Assembly: GCA_004764695.1 (NCBI GenBank)
Contig: SMSO01000007.1
Span: 1,619,270 to 1,683,269 of the forward strand
Length of the DNA stretch: 64,000 nt
Direction: 5' to 3'
Source: Schizochytrium sp. TIO01
Taxonomy: Eukaryota; Protista; Bigyra: Labyrinthulomycetes
Below the pieces are notes generated by a model. The model saw nothing but the letters and a program-made list of their open reading frames with translations. It did not search any database and had not been told where the DNA came from. Position numbers and translations under genes: made by a program. The first letter of the stretch is position 1; each line of letters starts with the position of its first letter. Positions 36,131 through 47,784 of this stretch are shown piece by piece.

Positions 36131-36814
36131 ATGTCTTCCGAGGATCAGCAGAACGCGGAGGTGCCTGTGGAGGAGGTGCTGACGGCGCAGCAGGCCTTGG
36201 TTTTGGTCTGCGTGGTGCTTGCCACAGCGCTTTTCTATGCGTATCGTTGGTACAAAAAGAGCCAAGCTAACAGCGATGAGAATACCATTATGGACTATGA
36301 GTTCGTCCTGCCTGAAGAGAAAGCGATATTCATGAACATCTACAAGCAGAAGCCCGAGGACAAGAAAGAAAACATGGCTATGCTACAGGAGTGGCGCAAG
36401 GCTCTCATGCAGGTCCACTTCAAGCGTGTGTTGAAGGTGATTGCACTTCACGAGCAGGTGAATGCTGACTACAGAACACAAACTACGTTGTATAAACGTG
36501 GTGTCGCCGTTTCGATGTTGCCACAGGTTGAGGCTGCTAAACGCTTAGTGGAACGCGAGGTCCAGGAGTGCGGTCAGATTGCAAACCAACTGCAGCCCAA
36601 CTGGGGTCGAACCATCTTTCAGGAGGCTTACAAGATGAAGGAGGCCATGGATGCCAAGAATGCTCAGGTACAAGCGCAGGCCGACAAGGAAGCCAGAGAA
36701 AAGCGCGAGGCTGAGCTGATGCGTCAGGCCAAAGAACTTCAGGAGAAGGAGGAGGAGCTCTTGCGGAAGCGCGCAGAGGAAGACTTGTTGAAGGAGACGA
36801 AAAAAGCAAAATAA
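36131..36814 (+). CDS. SEC66: Sec66/Sec71-like subunit of the post-translational ER translocon
   Basis: Single N-terminal TM followed by a basic patch (ALFYAYRWYKK), then KALMQVHFKRVL...LYKRG...AAKRLVEREVQE...ANQLQPNWGRTIFQEA, matching the Sec66 C-terminal motif EAxxLxPxWGxxIFxxA. Coiled-coil tail. Confidence 0.7.
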   Translation: MSSEDQQNAEVPVEEVLTAQQALVLVCVVLATALFYAYRWYKKSQANSDENTIMDYEFVLPEEKAIFMNIYKQKPEDKKENMAMLQEWRKALMQVHFKRVLKVIALHEQVNADYRTQTTLYKRGVAVSMLPQVEAAKRLVEREVQECGQIANQLQPNWGRTIFQEAYKMKEAMDAKNAQVQAQADKEAREKREAELMRQAKELQEKEEELLRKRAEEDLLKETKKAK

Positions 36815-38403
36815 TTTTCATTCATAGATTCCTCTTTTGCAATAACACAAGTTATACACACATACAAATTATAAGGAAAAAGAAAAGAAAAGCGAAATTA
36901 AGTGCGCATGCAATCTTTTCTTTCTTTTCTTTTATTCGCCACATGCAGGTACCAAGGTCCTACTTTTTGCCACTGATTATTTCATTCAAACAACAGAGCA
37001 GCGTGCTATCAATAAATTCCAAGTTTGTTTTTACTCAGGTACTGGTTTGTTTTTGTTCATATTCTTACGTATTCGATATTATAGCATTAGAAAGACCATC
37101 AACACTCACAATCGTTTGGGCATACCTCAATTGATTATACCCTCACGAGTGAATAATGCGTTAACCTTTTGAAGGTTGCACCAGTTTATTTGCACCTTTC
37201 TTGTGCGAGCAGGCATTCATGTAGGTTCTAACCGAAAGTGAAAATCTTCGCAACTTGCTTAACTATGCCAAGTTCATGAAAGCAAGACAGCATGCGCTCA
37301 ACGACAAGGTGTGCGGGAGCAACATGCAGGTTAATCAAAAGATGTGATACAGCCTGCCCAAAAGTGACCAAGCGAATAAATGCATTTTCAATTTTAGTTT
37401 TGTTTCAATAATCCACACCAATCCATTCAAGAGTACATTTCGTGCAAACCAAAATCGCAGCCGCCCTTTTGCTCTATTCCACGAACCTAGCTCAGTTAGT
37501 CCAGGAAGCCTACAACTATAATATGTTTCGCATGGCTTTCTAGGAGAGGTTGTATCATGCGAGCCCGAGTGGAATGCGAATCCCTCCGTTCTGATCTACT
37601 CTGGAGCTCAGAAAACTGATCCTTCTATCTTTAAAAGATCACAATAGCTATCGTTCATCAAAAGCCCTAAGTAGCGCGGATACACACGCCTCGCGTGCAA
37701 AAGATACGCAAAAAGGAGACTATAGACTCCAGTGATGAAACCAGTAAGGTAGCAGTGCTTAAGCTAAGAAGAGTGGACTTGTGATGCAGAGAAGGAAAGA
37801 CCGATTAAGGAAATGGAATGCAGCAAATGTGTCGAACTCAATCGCGATGACAATAACCCCCAAGCCTTCGTCCAAGCAATGAAAATATTCCTCAAATGTT
37901 GCATGATATCAGGTTAAAAAGTTTTCATTGCAATCCCACCAGGCATGTAGCACAAATACTTAGTCTCCGATCAAATCTGGGTTTTGTTGAAAGTAAGTAA
38001 CTCATAATAATAAGAAGTGAATGTAACCAGCCGTATGTAAACTCCTAGTGTTATATAGTAATCTTAGATGTTCTTGTTCTTGTTGTATCTGTATTTCAAA
38101 GAGGGGCAACACCTCATCACCAAAACAGAGACCTACCGCCCTGGGCAGTCTGCGCGAAGCTGTTGCCGAGAAGAAGGCTTGAAGATAGATAGAAAGACCC
38201 ATATCAATGTATGTCAGCGTCTTCTTCCACTCTTTCTATCTTCAGGATAATACGATCGTCTAATTCCCTGTTCTACCTATCCTTCCTTTGGCAACCTAGA
38301 GCCCAGGATCTATATCTTCAAAAACAAGTATGGAACGAAAATAGAAGAGAAAGAAACCAGTACCAAGCTATATCAAGCTTCGAGATAATAGCTTTTGATT
38401 CGC

Positions 38404-39844
38404 CTACTTCCGCCTCCTCTTTTTGGCGCTTGCTTTCTCTTCGTCCCCCCACTTGATCTTCTCTCGCTCAAAGGCAATCCATTCCACATCGCCGTCATCA
38501 TAACTCACACGGTACTCATTTAAAGAGCTGTTCCACTCTTTGATGGTGCCGGCAAAAAACTCCTTTTCGAGAGGCCATAGCACGCGAAGACGACGGCCGA
38601 TTGCAGCTTTGCCAAAAGGGACATTTTGCTTTGCAGCTGCCTTTTGCGCTTCCTCTGCAAATTCAGCCTCTTCTTGACACGATCGCTTTGAGCGCCGCCC
38701 AGCGATAGATCTCTCCTTCGCTTGCGTGCGAGTCTCGCGTGCTTCCGAACCGACGCTCTTTGCGGAGACTGGACGACGAGGCGTTGTGCGCGTAGGCGGT
38801 GCAGGAGAGCCCCTACGTGCCCGCTTGCTTGGGGTGACATCCAGAAGACTTTCACTATCGGCAATTCTGCTAGCTCTGCGAGATGACCTAAATTTACCAG
38901 CAGGTGTTATTAGGCCTTTGTCTTCTTCCCAATCTTCCTGTTCATCATTATCATTTTGCACTTCTTCCTCCCCTTCGTGCCCTTCTTCATCGACGATATC
39001 TTCGTCATCTTCCTCATCCTTTGCTTGCTTCACTGGTGTCTTCCTTGCAGACGCCCTTTTGTTTGCCTGCTTCTTCATGGGTGTGCGCCTTACGGGCGTC
39101 TTTTCTACATGTGTGTCATCCTGGACCTCTTTGGAGTCATTGTCATCCTCAAGGCCAGAGTCGGTATCTGTTTCTTTCGCAGCATTATTGCCGTACTTTC
39201 TCCGACTGCTGCCAGAGACCGAATTCTTTTTCTTTGTTGCAGACTTGCTGGTGGTAGCAACAGCCTCAGATTTCACAGCTATTGTGTTTTCTTGATTATC
39301 CATAGATTCTTTGCGAGAGATACGTGGACGAGCCTGGAAAGGGTCTGTATCGCCCGCTAAAAGCTTCTCTAGCTCCGTTCTGCGACGACGTTTCGAAGTA
39401 GGAGAACGACCGGGTGTTGTTGAAGAGGAGGCTTCTCTCTGTGCTTTCATTGGTGTCATGGGCTCAGTTGTCTCTGCACCCTGCGGGTGCGCCGATGCGG
39501 AGTCTTGATTGGGAGTCTCCTCAATTGAATCGGAGTGAGCACGTCCAGCACCCAAACTTGAGACTGACGATGAAGAAGATGTCAAGGAAAGAGATGATTT
39601 TGTTTTCCGAGAACTTAGCGCCATTTCTTCAACTTCAGTGCTTATTACGGTTGCCGTTGGCGCTGGAGAGTTAGGCGAGCTTTCAATATCCTGTGCTCCC
39701 TGAGTGGGATTTGAATCGCGATCTCCTTCCTTCCTGTCTGTGTCAGGTTGCGACTGCGATGAATTTCCACCTTGAGGAGACAGTTTGGGCGAAGAAGATC
39801 CTGCATCGTCTTTTCCTTCTTCCTGAGCATCACTGGACTCATGA

Positions 39845-39885
<41 letters not shown>

Positions 39886-42456
39886 AACCTCACCCTCTCC
39901 AACTTTTGAAGCGGCCGCCTTGGCAGCAACCCGTTTTGCACGAGCTTCGGCTAGAGCGGCTTCTCGATCAGCGCGAGCCTTGCGCTTTGCACGAGCACGA
40001 AGGCGCGCCTTTTCACGACGGTGTTCCATGATAACCTCCGGAATAATATAGTTGCACAAGAGATCGGCAATAACATCCTCCTCGGGGTCCAAGAGCCGCC
40101 ATGTAAAGAGATCTTCTTCATCTGGCGACATTGCAGTTCCATTCTCAAGAAATTTCATCTCTTCAGAGACACCTGTGTTCTCATAGCGCACCGTGGAAAG
40201 CCCTGTTTTCTCCTTATAAGTCATACATTTAGCAGGATACTCCTGTCCTTCCCAGGTCACGCAAACGCGTTTGCTAACAATTCGTTTCGGTGTCCATTTG
40301 CCGCCCTTTTCGACAGTTATCTTCTCCACAGGCGCTGGTGTCGCCGCTCTGCTGGACCGCTTCGAAGGTGTTGAGTGCGATCTTAAGGACTTTGTCTGAG
40401 TTTCATGGAGTTGGCTTGCCAAAGCAGCCTCAGCTTCCTCGATTAGAGCTTGGTCTCGTTGCTGACGCTCGTCTTCTTTCTTGGCAAGAGCCTCATCAAC
40501 CTGGAACGCCCTAAATCCTAAGATAGAGGAAACGTGTTGTACAGGGGATGCTGGGCCACTTGACAGACCTGGGCTTCCCATGGCAGATGGAGATCCCAAG
40601 GCCTCCACTTCAATGCCACCAGCCATACCAACCTCAAATAGCAAACCAAGTCCGCATAAGGAAGACGCAGAATTTTCATCCTCTGTTGCCTCCACGAGCT
40701 TCTCTGGCACAACTTTTTTGCCTTTACCACGAGAGGCTGCCACCGGGCTTGCACCAAAAACTGGTAGAGCCTCCTTTCGAGTCTTTATAACCTGCTGATG
40801 TTCCGCAGAACTCGCAGATGAGGAGGTGAGACGGCGACTCAAGAGTTGCCGAGAGTGCTCCTGATGCTTTCGTTGCTGTTGCTGCTGTTGCAATTGCAAC
40901 TGGAGTTGTTGCTGGCGTTGAAGTTCCTGCTGGTGCCTCAATTCGCGCAGAACTTGCTCTTCTTGGACAAGGCGCGCCAGGTCAATTGAATCCTGGCGTT
41001 GTTGCTGCTGAAACTGGCGCTGCTGCTGATGGTGGAAATGTTGTTGCTGTTGTCGCTGATGTAAAGCATATTGTTGTTGTTGTTGTTGTTGTTGTTGATA
41101 ATGATGATGCGCAGGTGATGAAGACGCTTGCTCCTCCTGCATGCGTTGCAAGTATTCTGAGATTGTGGCAGCTGGATCTGGCGAATCCATAGCTGCTGCA
41201 GCGAGCTCTGGGGATTGTGCCATCAGCAATTGCAAATTGTGCTTAGCAAGCATCTGCGTTTGTTGTTGCATTTCATGAATCTGCTGGAGTTGATGAAGCT
41301 GATCTCTGGAAAGACCAATGCCTAGCGAAGACAAAATTGTTTGACTAACCATTTGCTGCTTGAGGGTGGCCACTACCGAGCGCAGCCGCGTAGCGAGCAC
41401 ACCAACAAGCTCTTCCGTAACCAATGCTAGCGTCTTGGAAAATTGTGCATTGAAAATGCTTCGTCCATAAGCTTCAGCCTCATGTTCCGAATGTCCATTT
41501 TGTAGCCACAGTTGTGCGGCCTGTGTGGAGAGCATGAGTGCACCAATTTTGAGGTTCTTCTGTGCATTGAAAAATAGCACCACCTGCTCTCTAGTCAACA
41601 ATTTGAACCCATACTGCGCTCTTGCATCTCCTGCCCTTTGCAATGCCATGCCCAGATCACCGTCTTCTGCTTCAGCAAAAACTGCCAAAAGAATCTCTGC
41701 CAATTGTCTGGCAGCATTTTCGCAATCTGAATCGTCCATGCTGGCGTCTACCACGCCATCCGTCAACGCTTTACACGCCTCTAGGAGTTCCTCCTGAGTA
41801 TCATTACTTCCACTTCGGTTACCAATAAGCTGGTTCATCATAGAGTGTCCTCCCCCATTGATGTTTATGTTGCTACCGATGCCAAGATTGCTACCTTCAT
41901 TATGGTTGTTGTGGGCAGCCATCTTACTGTTGCTAGCTCTGTTCGCAGAGGTTTTGGCAGCTCTGCCTTTGCCACCGATGCTAGCATTATTGTTGTTGCC
42001 GTTGCCGTTGCTCATAGCACTGGAGGTGTTTCTGCCTAGCGCTCTGCCGCTGCTCATGTTCGTTGGGGATTTGGCATTCGCGATGCCAAGATTTGAGTCG
42101 CTTCCGTATGCAAGATTGGCAGAGGCGGTGCCTTTGGCGGTGTTATTGGCGTTTTTGAGGCTGTTGGCCCTTGCAGGGCCGGTCTTTGCGTTTGCTTTCT
42201 TTCTGGGAGTGGCCTTCGTGGGGGGCCTTCCTCTAGTGTTCTTCGCGGTCCCAGCTTTCTCCTCCGTGTTCTCGCTCGCGCTCGTGGCATTCCTGCGCGA
42301 TGTTTGCGTCGTCGCTGTCCTGGGTGCCTTCAAGGCGGAGACCATCATCATGTCGGCCCTCGACACAGCCGCAGGGACCACACTCGGCAGCGACCGCGAC
42401 GCCGACAGCTGCGAGGGCGACGCCTGCACCGCGGGACGCCGCTCCTCAGCGAGCAT
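38404..42456 (-). CDS. Large low-complexity nuclear protein with AT-hook-like motif, polyQ, poly-E and two Tudor-like domains
   Basis: TRGRPP; Asn/Gln-rich tracts; central SKRVCVTWEGQEYPAKC...STVRYE; C-terminal PDS5/MSH6-type Tudor IGRRLRVLWPLEKEFFAGTIKEW...YRVSYDDGDVEWI; terminal NLS-like KKRRRK. First ATG at 42456. Confidence 0.8.
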
Positions 42457-44008
42457 CGCCCGCACGCACAGACAGGCCCGACCTGCACTCAATCAATCGT
42501 CGATCGATCGGGCTTTGTTGTTGCCGCTGATGTTTTTCTCGTTGATTGATTCAAGTTGTTTCTTGTTCACGCTTTTCTCTCGACTTCGATGTTTCAATTG
42601 TTTCCATTACAATGTTTCACATTCTTTCAACTCAATCACTCTTTTCTTCAAGTTTGCCCTCCTTCTTTCTACTAACTAATTATACTAATTAATTATCATT
42701 AATCAATTAACACAGCAATCATTCACATCATTCATTCAGAAAAGCGAAACAGAGGGGAAAACTTTACTTACAAAGAGAAAACAAACAGCTTTGAAAAGAA
42801 ACCCCAAAGAAAGAAAGAGAGAAAAAGAAAGAGAGAAAAAGAAAGAAAGAAAGGAAGAAAAAGAAAGAAAAAGAAAGAAAGAACCTAAGTCTGCTACTGC
42901 TACTGCTAATACTGCCAATACTACCACCTACTTGAAAGGAGCTGAAATGCACCAATTCTTTCGATGGGCGAAACACCCGTTCTTTGGCTCCTCCAATTGA
43001 ACTCGAACTCGAAAGCGGTCTTTGTCTGCGTCCTCAACATTCGCGTTCACGCGTGATCAATACCCAAATTAGGCGGCCACATTTACGCACAGCTACAGAA
43101 CTAAACTAAACGCTGTCGATCGATTCCAACTTTCGTTATTCGAGGTTTCGCTATTGTTAGTGTCAGTCACAATATATTTATTTATTCACTTCTCGATGTT
43201 TTTCAATTGAGTTAACATATTTTTAAAAAAACCTGTAAAAGTCTTTTCTCACGCAGTCAACTAGCACTTGCCTACAGACTACAGTAGGAGCCCACTCTTT
43301 CTTACATGATGGGTGTTCGTTCCTTCATTCACTTTTCAGAGCCTCTGCTTTTTAGCTGTTTACTTACTCTACTCTTCGTCTTTTTAGGAGCTTTTGTATA
43401 ATTTTGTTCAAAACTTTATGCTACCCACGTGCCTAGAAAGTGCTAGTCCCCATTGTCCTCCTTTCTTCTTCCTATCTCCCCTCTTCAAACTCTCTCCCAT
43501 CTCCTCTCAGAGTGTATTTTATTGTATTTTATTCGGTTCTGCCCTCGAAATAGCTAGGCAGTTCTCTATACGCGACTAGTAGCATCTTTTTCACCTTCCT
43601 CTTCCTGACAACTATTTTAATACTCTTTTTTACAAATACAAAATCTGTAGAAAACTCTCTCTTTTTTTTAATTTAAATTAAACTGCATTTACAGTGTAGA
43701 AACGAGCTTGCACATTTAGTACGTATCTCGTTCATCTTTTTCTTTTTCTTTTTCACCTTTTTCGACTGGGATGACAAATGTTTTTACCATTATTAACTAG
43801 TTAGATAGCTTAAACACTAAAGCTAAACATATTGTTTTTGTCTTCGTTTTAAAATCTTACTTTAAAAACATGCCATATTTTCAATTTACAAAATAGCCTG
43901 AGGAAAAGGAGGCGTATTTTTTTCCCTCCCTCCCCTCTAGTTAAGGGGAGGATAGCGAATTGGTAGCGAGCGCGTATACGATGCTACACCCACCTCAGAA
44001 CTCAACTC

Positions 44009-44080
44009 GAGTTTTCAATGAGTTTTTCAATGAGTTTTCAATGAGTTTTCAAAGAGTTTTCAATGAGTTAGTTTTCATGA
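44009..44080 (+). repeat. Minisatellite (GAGTTTTCAAT) x ~5
   Basis: Five near-identical 11-12 bp units followed by a degenerate one. Confidence 0.9.
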
Positions 44081-45660
44081 CGGAAATCGTTAACGCAGAG
44101 CTGTCTGTCTATAAGTTCTAAGTTTCCCTCCCTGAAAGTCTGCTTTGGCATCTCCGGTGCGTCGTATGTGGGTGTGATCATCATCATCGCCATCGAGGTT
44201 GACTTCCTTCGGGTACCTACCTACCTACCTACCTGTCAAACAAACGAATAATTGGTCGCCAAGAAAGCGCAACGATATGCTACCTCCCAGAAAGCGCGAT
44301 GTGCGAATGAGGATTCTATTCACAGAAAGAAAGAAGCCAAGGACTACGTACCTCGTTTGCAACCTGAAAAGGTATCAACACCGATGAACGAAAGCGACGT
44401 TGGATCGATCTCCTTTGAGAGTTGGGATGTTTGAGCAAATTGCTCGCCCGCCCGCTCGCTCCGTTTCGCTTTCCTGGGCTCCGTGGCGGACTTGCCTTTC
44501 TTCGGCTTGAGGCAGACCCAGCCGTGGTGTACATTTCAAGGCTGCATGCAGCGCGAGGAGATGGACTACTTGGGTGTCAAGGATTACGAGAAACCAGATG
44601 CTGCTGCTCTCCTGATCCACTGGGTTGGCCTTCTTTCCCTCACGAGTGAGGTGAGCTCAGGCTGCAGACCTACCCATCCATCAAGCGACGCTTCGAAGCG
44701 CAGCGCTTTGCGTGACACTGCACACGCTATGCATTATACGTGCATTCATTGCATTGGATTCCGTTCGAGTTCAACCTTCTTCTTTTCATTGACTCGCCGT
44801 CTCTTACTTGTAATCACACGGCACGACAGGAAGAGGCCTCAGAAAGAAGAAACCTCATCCAATGCACGAGCTTGTCGCAGGAAGCCTCAGGATCGCTCGC
44901 TGCGTCGTGCGCTTAAAGTCAGCCTTAGAGCTGGCCTGCGCCTGAGCTGGTCTGGTCTGGTCTGGCCTGGACTGTCGAAGGTGTCAACGCAGCGCGAACT
45001 TTCAAGCTTTTCTTCGAAGCCTGCAGTACTTTACTTGGTGCTCACTCGTCTCAGTTCTCACGTCGCTTTGCAGCATCGCCATCATTCCCATAATCGACGC
45101 CAAGAAGCTCTTGGAGATGAGATCAACTTCTTATTGGGTACCTTGGCACTACTACCACCTAGCACCTTCCTACCTACCCCAAATTGAACCACGGAAAGCA
45201 AAAGCTTATGCGAAACAGAAAAGTGGAAACTTGGTTGGCACGCGAAAGACAACAAACAACAAGACAACCTTAACACCAAAAACTCCTCAAGCCCTCGAAT
45301 CCAGGCAACGAACTCTTTGTTCGCTTGCAAGCTCATCGAGGGCGGCATTTACTATGACAACAACCTGAGTGAGTGAGTGAGTGAGTGTGTGCGTGCGTAG
45401 CCGCTTTATCATATCTGCCTGACGTCACTCGCCTGCATCGAAGGACGTTATCAGGTGGTCAGCCACTACATTCTCTTGGTGCTCGTCGTCCTCTCCGTCT
45501 CCAGCAGCGAGGTACCTCTAGAGGTTGCCCATTCTATTGCCTGCTAATGCCTGCCCACTTCCTTAAACCGCAGAGCAAGCAAATGCCAAAAAACGTGCCC
45601 TCGGTCGCAAACATCACATCCTGAACCAAACCCAGACGAGCAAGCAAAAGCAATCATTTA

Positions 45661-45726
45661 ATGCAATGCAATGCAATGCAATGCAATGCAATGCAATAAT
45701 GCAATGTAATGCAATAATGCAATGCA
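45661..45726 (+). repeat. (ATGCA)n microsatellite
   Basis: Seven perfect ATGCA units followed by degenerate units. Confidence 0.95.
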
Positions 45727-46407
45727 AAGTCACAGCAATTAGCAACTCCTCGCGCGCACATATGCACGCCTTGCTGCGAGTTTCATCCACGAAACCAGAA
45801 CAGAACCAGCCACAGCACGTTCACTCCTTCATGCATTCCTCCAAGTGCGTGCAAGCATGCATGGCATGGCATGCATTTCCCATGACCCATGACCTGACTA
45901 ATGGCATGAGTTGATCACTTAGTTGTCTTGGCACCTGCTCTGATCTTGTTCGTCCTGAATCACAGCTTATGCGTCCACGTTGCCGGCGTGTACAATGCAC
46001 CCAAACACAGCCAAGTGCCCGTCCATCGATGAGAAAACAGCTAGCTATAGCACAGCATAGTATAGCACAGGATAGTGTAGCACAGCATAGAGCAAAGTTT
46101 TGGAGGCGCCATTTCGTTCTTTCGTTCTTTCGTCTTTCGTTCTTTCGTTCCTTCTTTCGTGAGGAAGAGAGAACGAACGAGAAGAGCGACGAACGATCAA
46201 CCCTCTTCTTTCGATTGGAGCCTGAGGAGCGGTGGAGGGCTTCTTTGCGGGTTTAGGAGGCAAGAGATCGTGAAGAGATCGATCATCTCTGTGCGTTCTC
46301 GCTCTTCTCTGTGTATTGATCTGTCGATTGTTTGTCTGTCTGATTGCACTATTGAGTTGTTATTCCCATTCGACGCGTGAGAACTCAACTCAGTCAGAGC
46401 CATTTAG

Positions 46408-46506
46408 AAAACAAACAAACAAACAAACAATCTTTGTTTGTTTGTTTATTTGTTTGTTTGTTTGTTTGTTTGTTTATTGGCTTTGGCTTTGGCTTTGGCT
46501 TTGGCT
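46408..46506 (+). repeat. Compound microsatellite (AAAC)n-(TTTG)n-(GGCTTT)n
   Basis: Direct inspection; the AAAC and TTTG blocks are reverse complements facing each other. Confidence 0.9.
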
Positions 46507-47759
46507 CTGAAGAACTTCAAGGTTTCATGGCTTTCGCAAGAACTGCAGAAATGAGGAACCGGCGATGACAACATCAGAAGAGAGAGCTCCGACGGGAAAG
46601 CTGTTCTTTGGCATTGGCGGAGCGAGTTTGACTGACAGCCTTCGCGACGATCTTCGAACCGCATTTGATTGATTTTGGCGGCTATTCGATACTTTGCGAA
46701 GAGATGAATGAGTGAGTGAGTGAGGAAGTACTGTTTTTCTATATATATTTATTTTATGAAAGGTACTTTATAAGAATAAATCAAATAGCTTTGTAATTAC
46801 TCCCTTCTTTTACCTCAAATAGATAGATACATAGATACATAGATACATAGTGCAGGTAAAAAAAGGTAGAAAACTTCCGCTGCTGCCCATCTATCTAGCT
46901 TTATTTTCCACCAAGTCCATCTCCTTCCTTTCTTTCTTTTTCCTTCCTTCTTTTCTTTTTTTCCCTTCTTCTCCCACAGCGCAGCGAACCTATAATTTTA
47001 TTTCCCCCCGCCGATACCTAGTAGTAGCTACCAGGCAGGTAGTAGCTCCGCCGTGCGAAAAGGTAAATAAAATACGCCTAATAACGTACACACGTGACAA
47101 GAAGAACAAAAGAACAAAAGAACAAAAAGAACAAAAAGACCCGGGTTGTTCAGGCGTTGTTCTTAGTCAGAATGTTCCAAAGGGCGTTCATTTTCCTCGT
47201 CTCCTCTCCTTCGCGTGAAACTCGTATCAAAAAGGCCGAAAGAGACACGCACCGAGTTCGCTAGAAGCCCTATAGTTTAGGATAAGAGGCACGGGCCTCG
47301 GAGGCAGCGGCAGGAAGAAATCAAAAGCAGAAGAAGAAGAGACAAAGGAGGAATGCGAGAGGCCTCGAACGTAGCGAAAGGCCGGAGCGGAGAGGCCGAA
47401 GGCGTGGCTATCTGTGAGAGCCCTGTCGATCGATCGAACGATTTGGTGTATTGATGGATCGATTTGGTTGTTGTTTGTTGGTTGTTTGTTTGTTTGTTTG
47501 TTTGTTCAGAACTGTTATTGATTGGGTGTATGTATGCTCTGCTTACTTACTTACTTCCGCGAGACTGGCGGCACGCGAAAGCTTAGTTGCGCAGGAAGGC
47601 CTCATACGAGTATTGTGGGGAGCCCGCCGCCGTCATTTGCAGACAGAGACAGTCCGATTTTAGGACGCAGTTTTGAAAGTCTCTAAATTCCGGCGAATTT
47701 CAATTTGGAAACCTCGATGAAATAAATAAAGACAATTTATGAAAGTTAGTTTTTAAGTA

Positions 47760-47784
47760 GAGTGAGTGAGTGAGTGAGTGAGTG
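47760..47784 (+). repeat. (GAGT)n microsatellite
   Basis: About six GAGT units; the same motif occurs near 45367 and 46710. Confidence 0.9.

Noticed and set aside
37486-37595. TAGCTCAGTTAG and CGAATCCC as tRNA A/B boxes
   Set aside because: Spacing and stems do not form a cloverleaf and there is no GTTCG T-loop.
44009-44080. Regular repeats as a possible CRISPR array
   Set aside because: Units are directly adjacent with no unique spacers, the context is eukaryotic and there are no cas genes; it is a minisatellite.
44483-45187. 234-aa ORF in the non-coding region
   Set aside because: GTG start, runs through simple repeats, no recognisable motifs or coding-like composition.
46045-46263. ORF beginning PPKPAKKPS resembling a histone H2B tail
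   Set aside because: TTG start and no histone fold; the remainder translates microsatellites.
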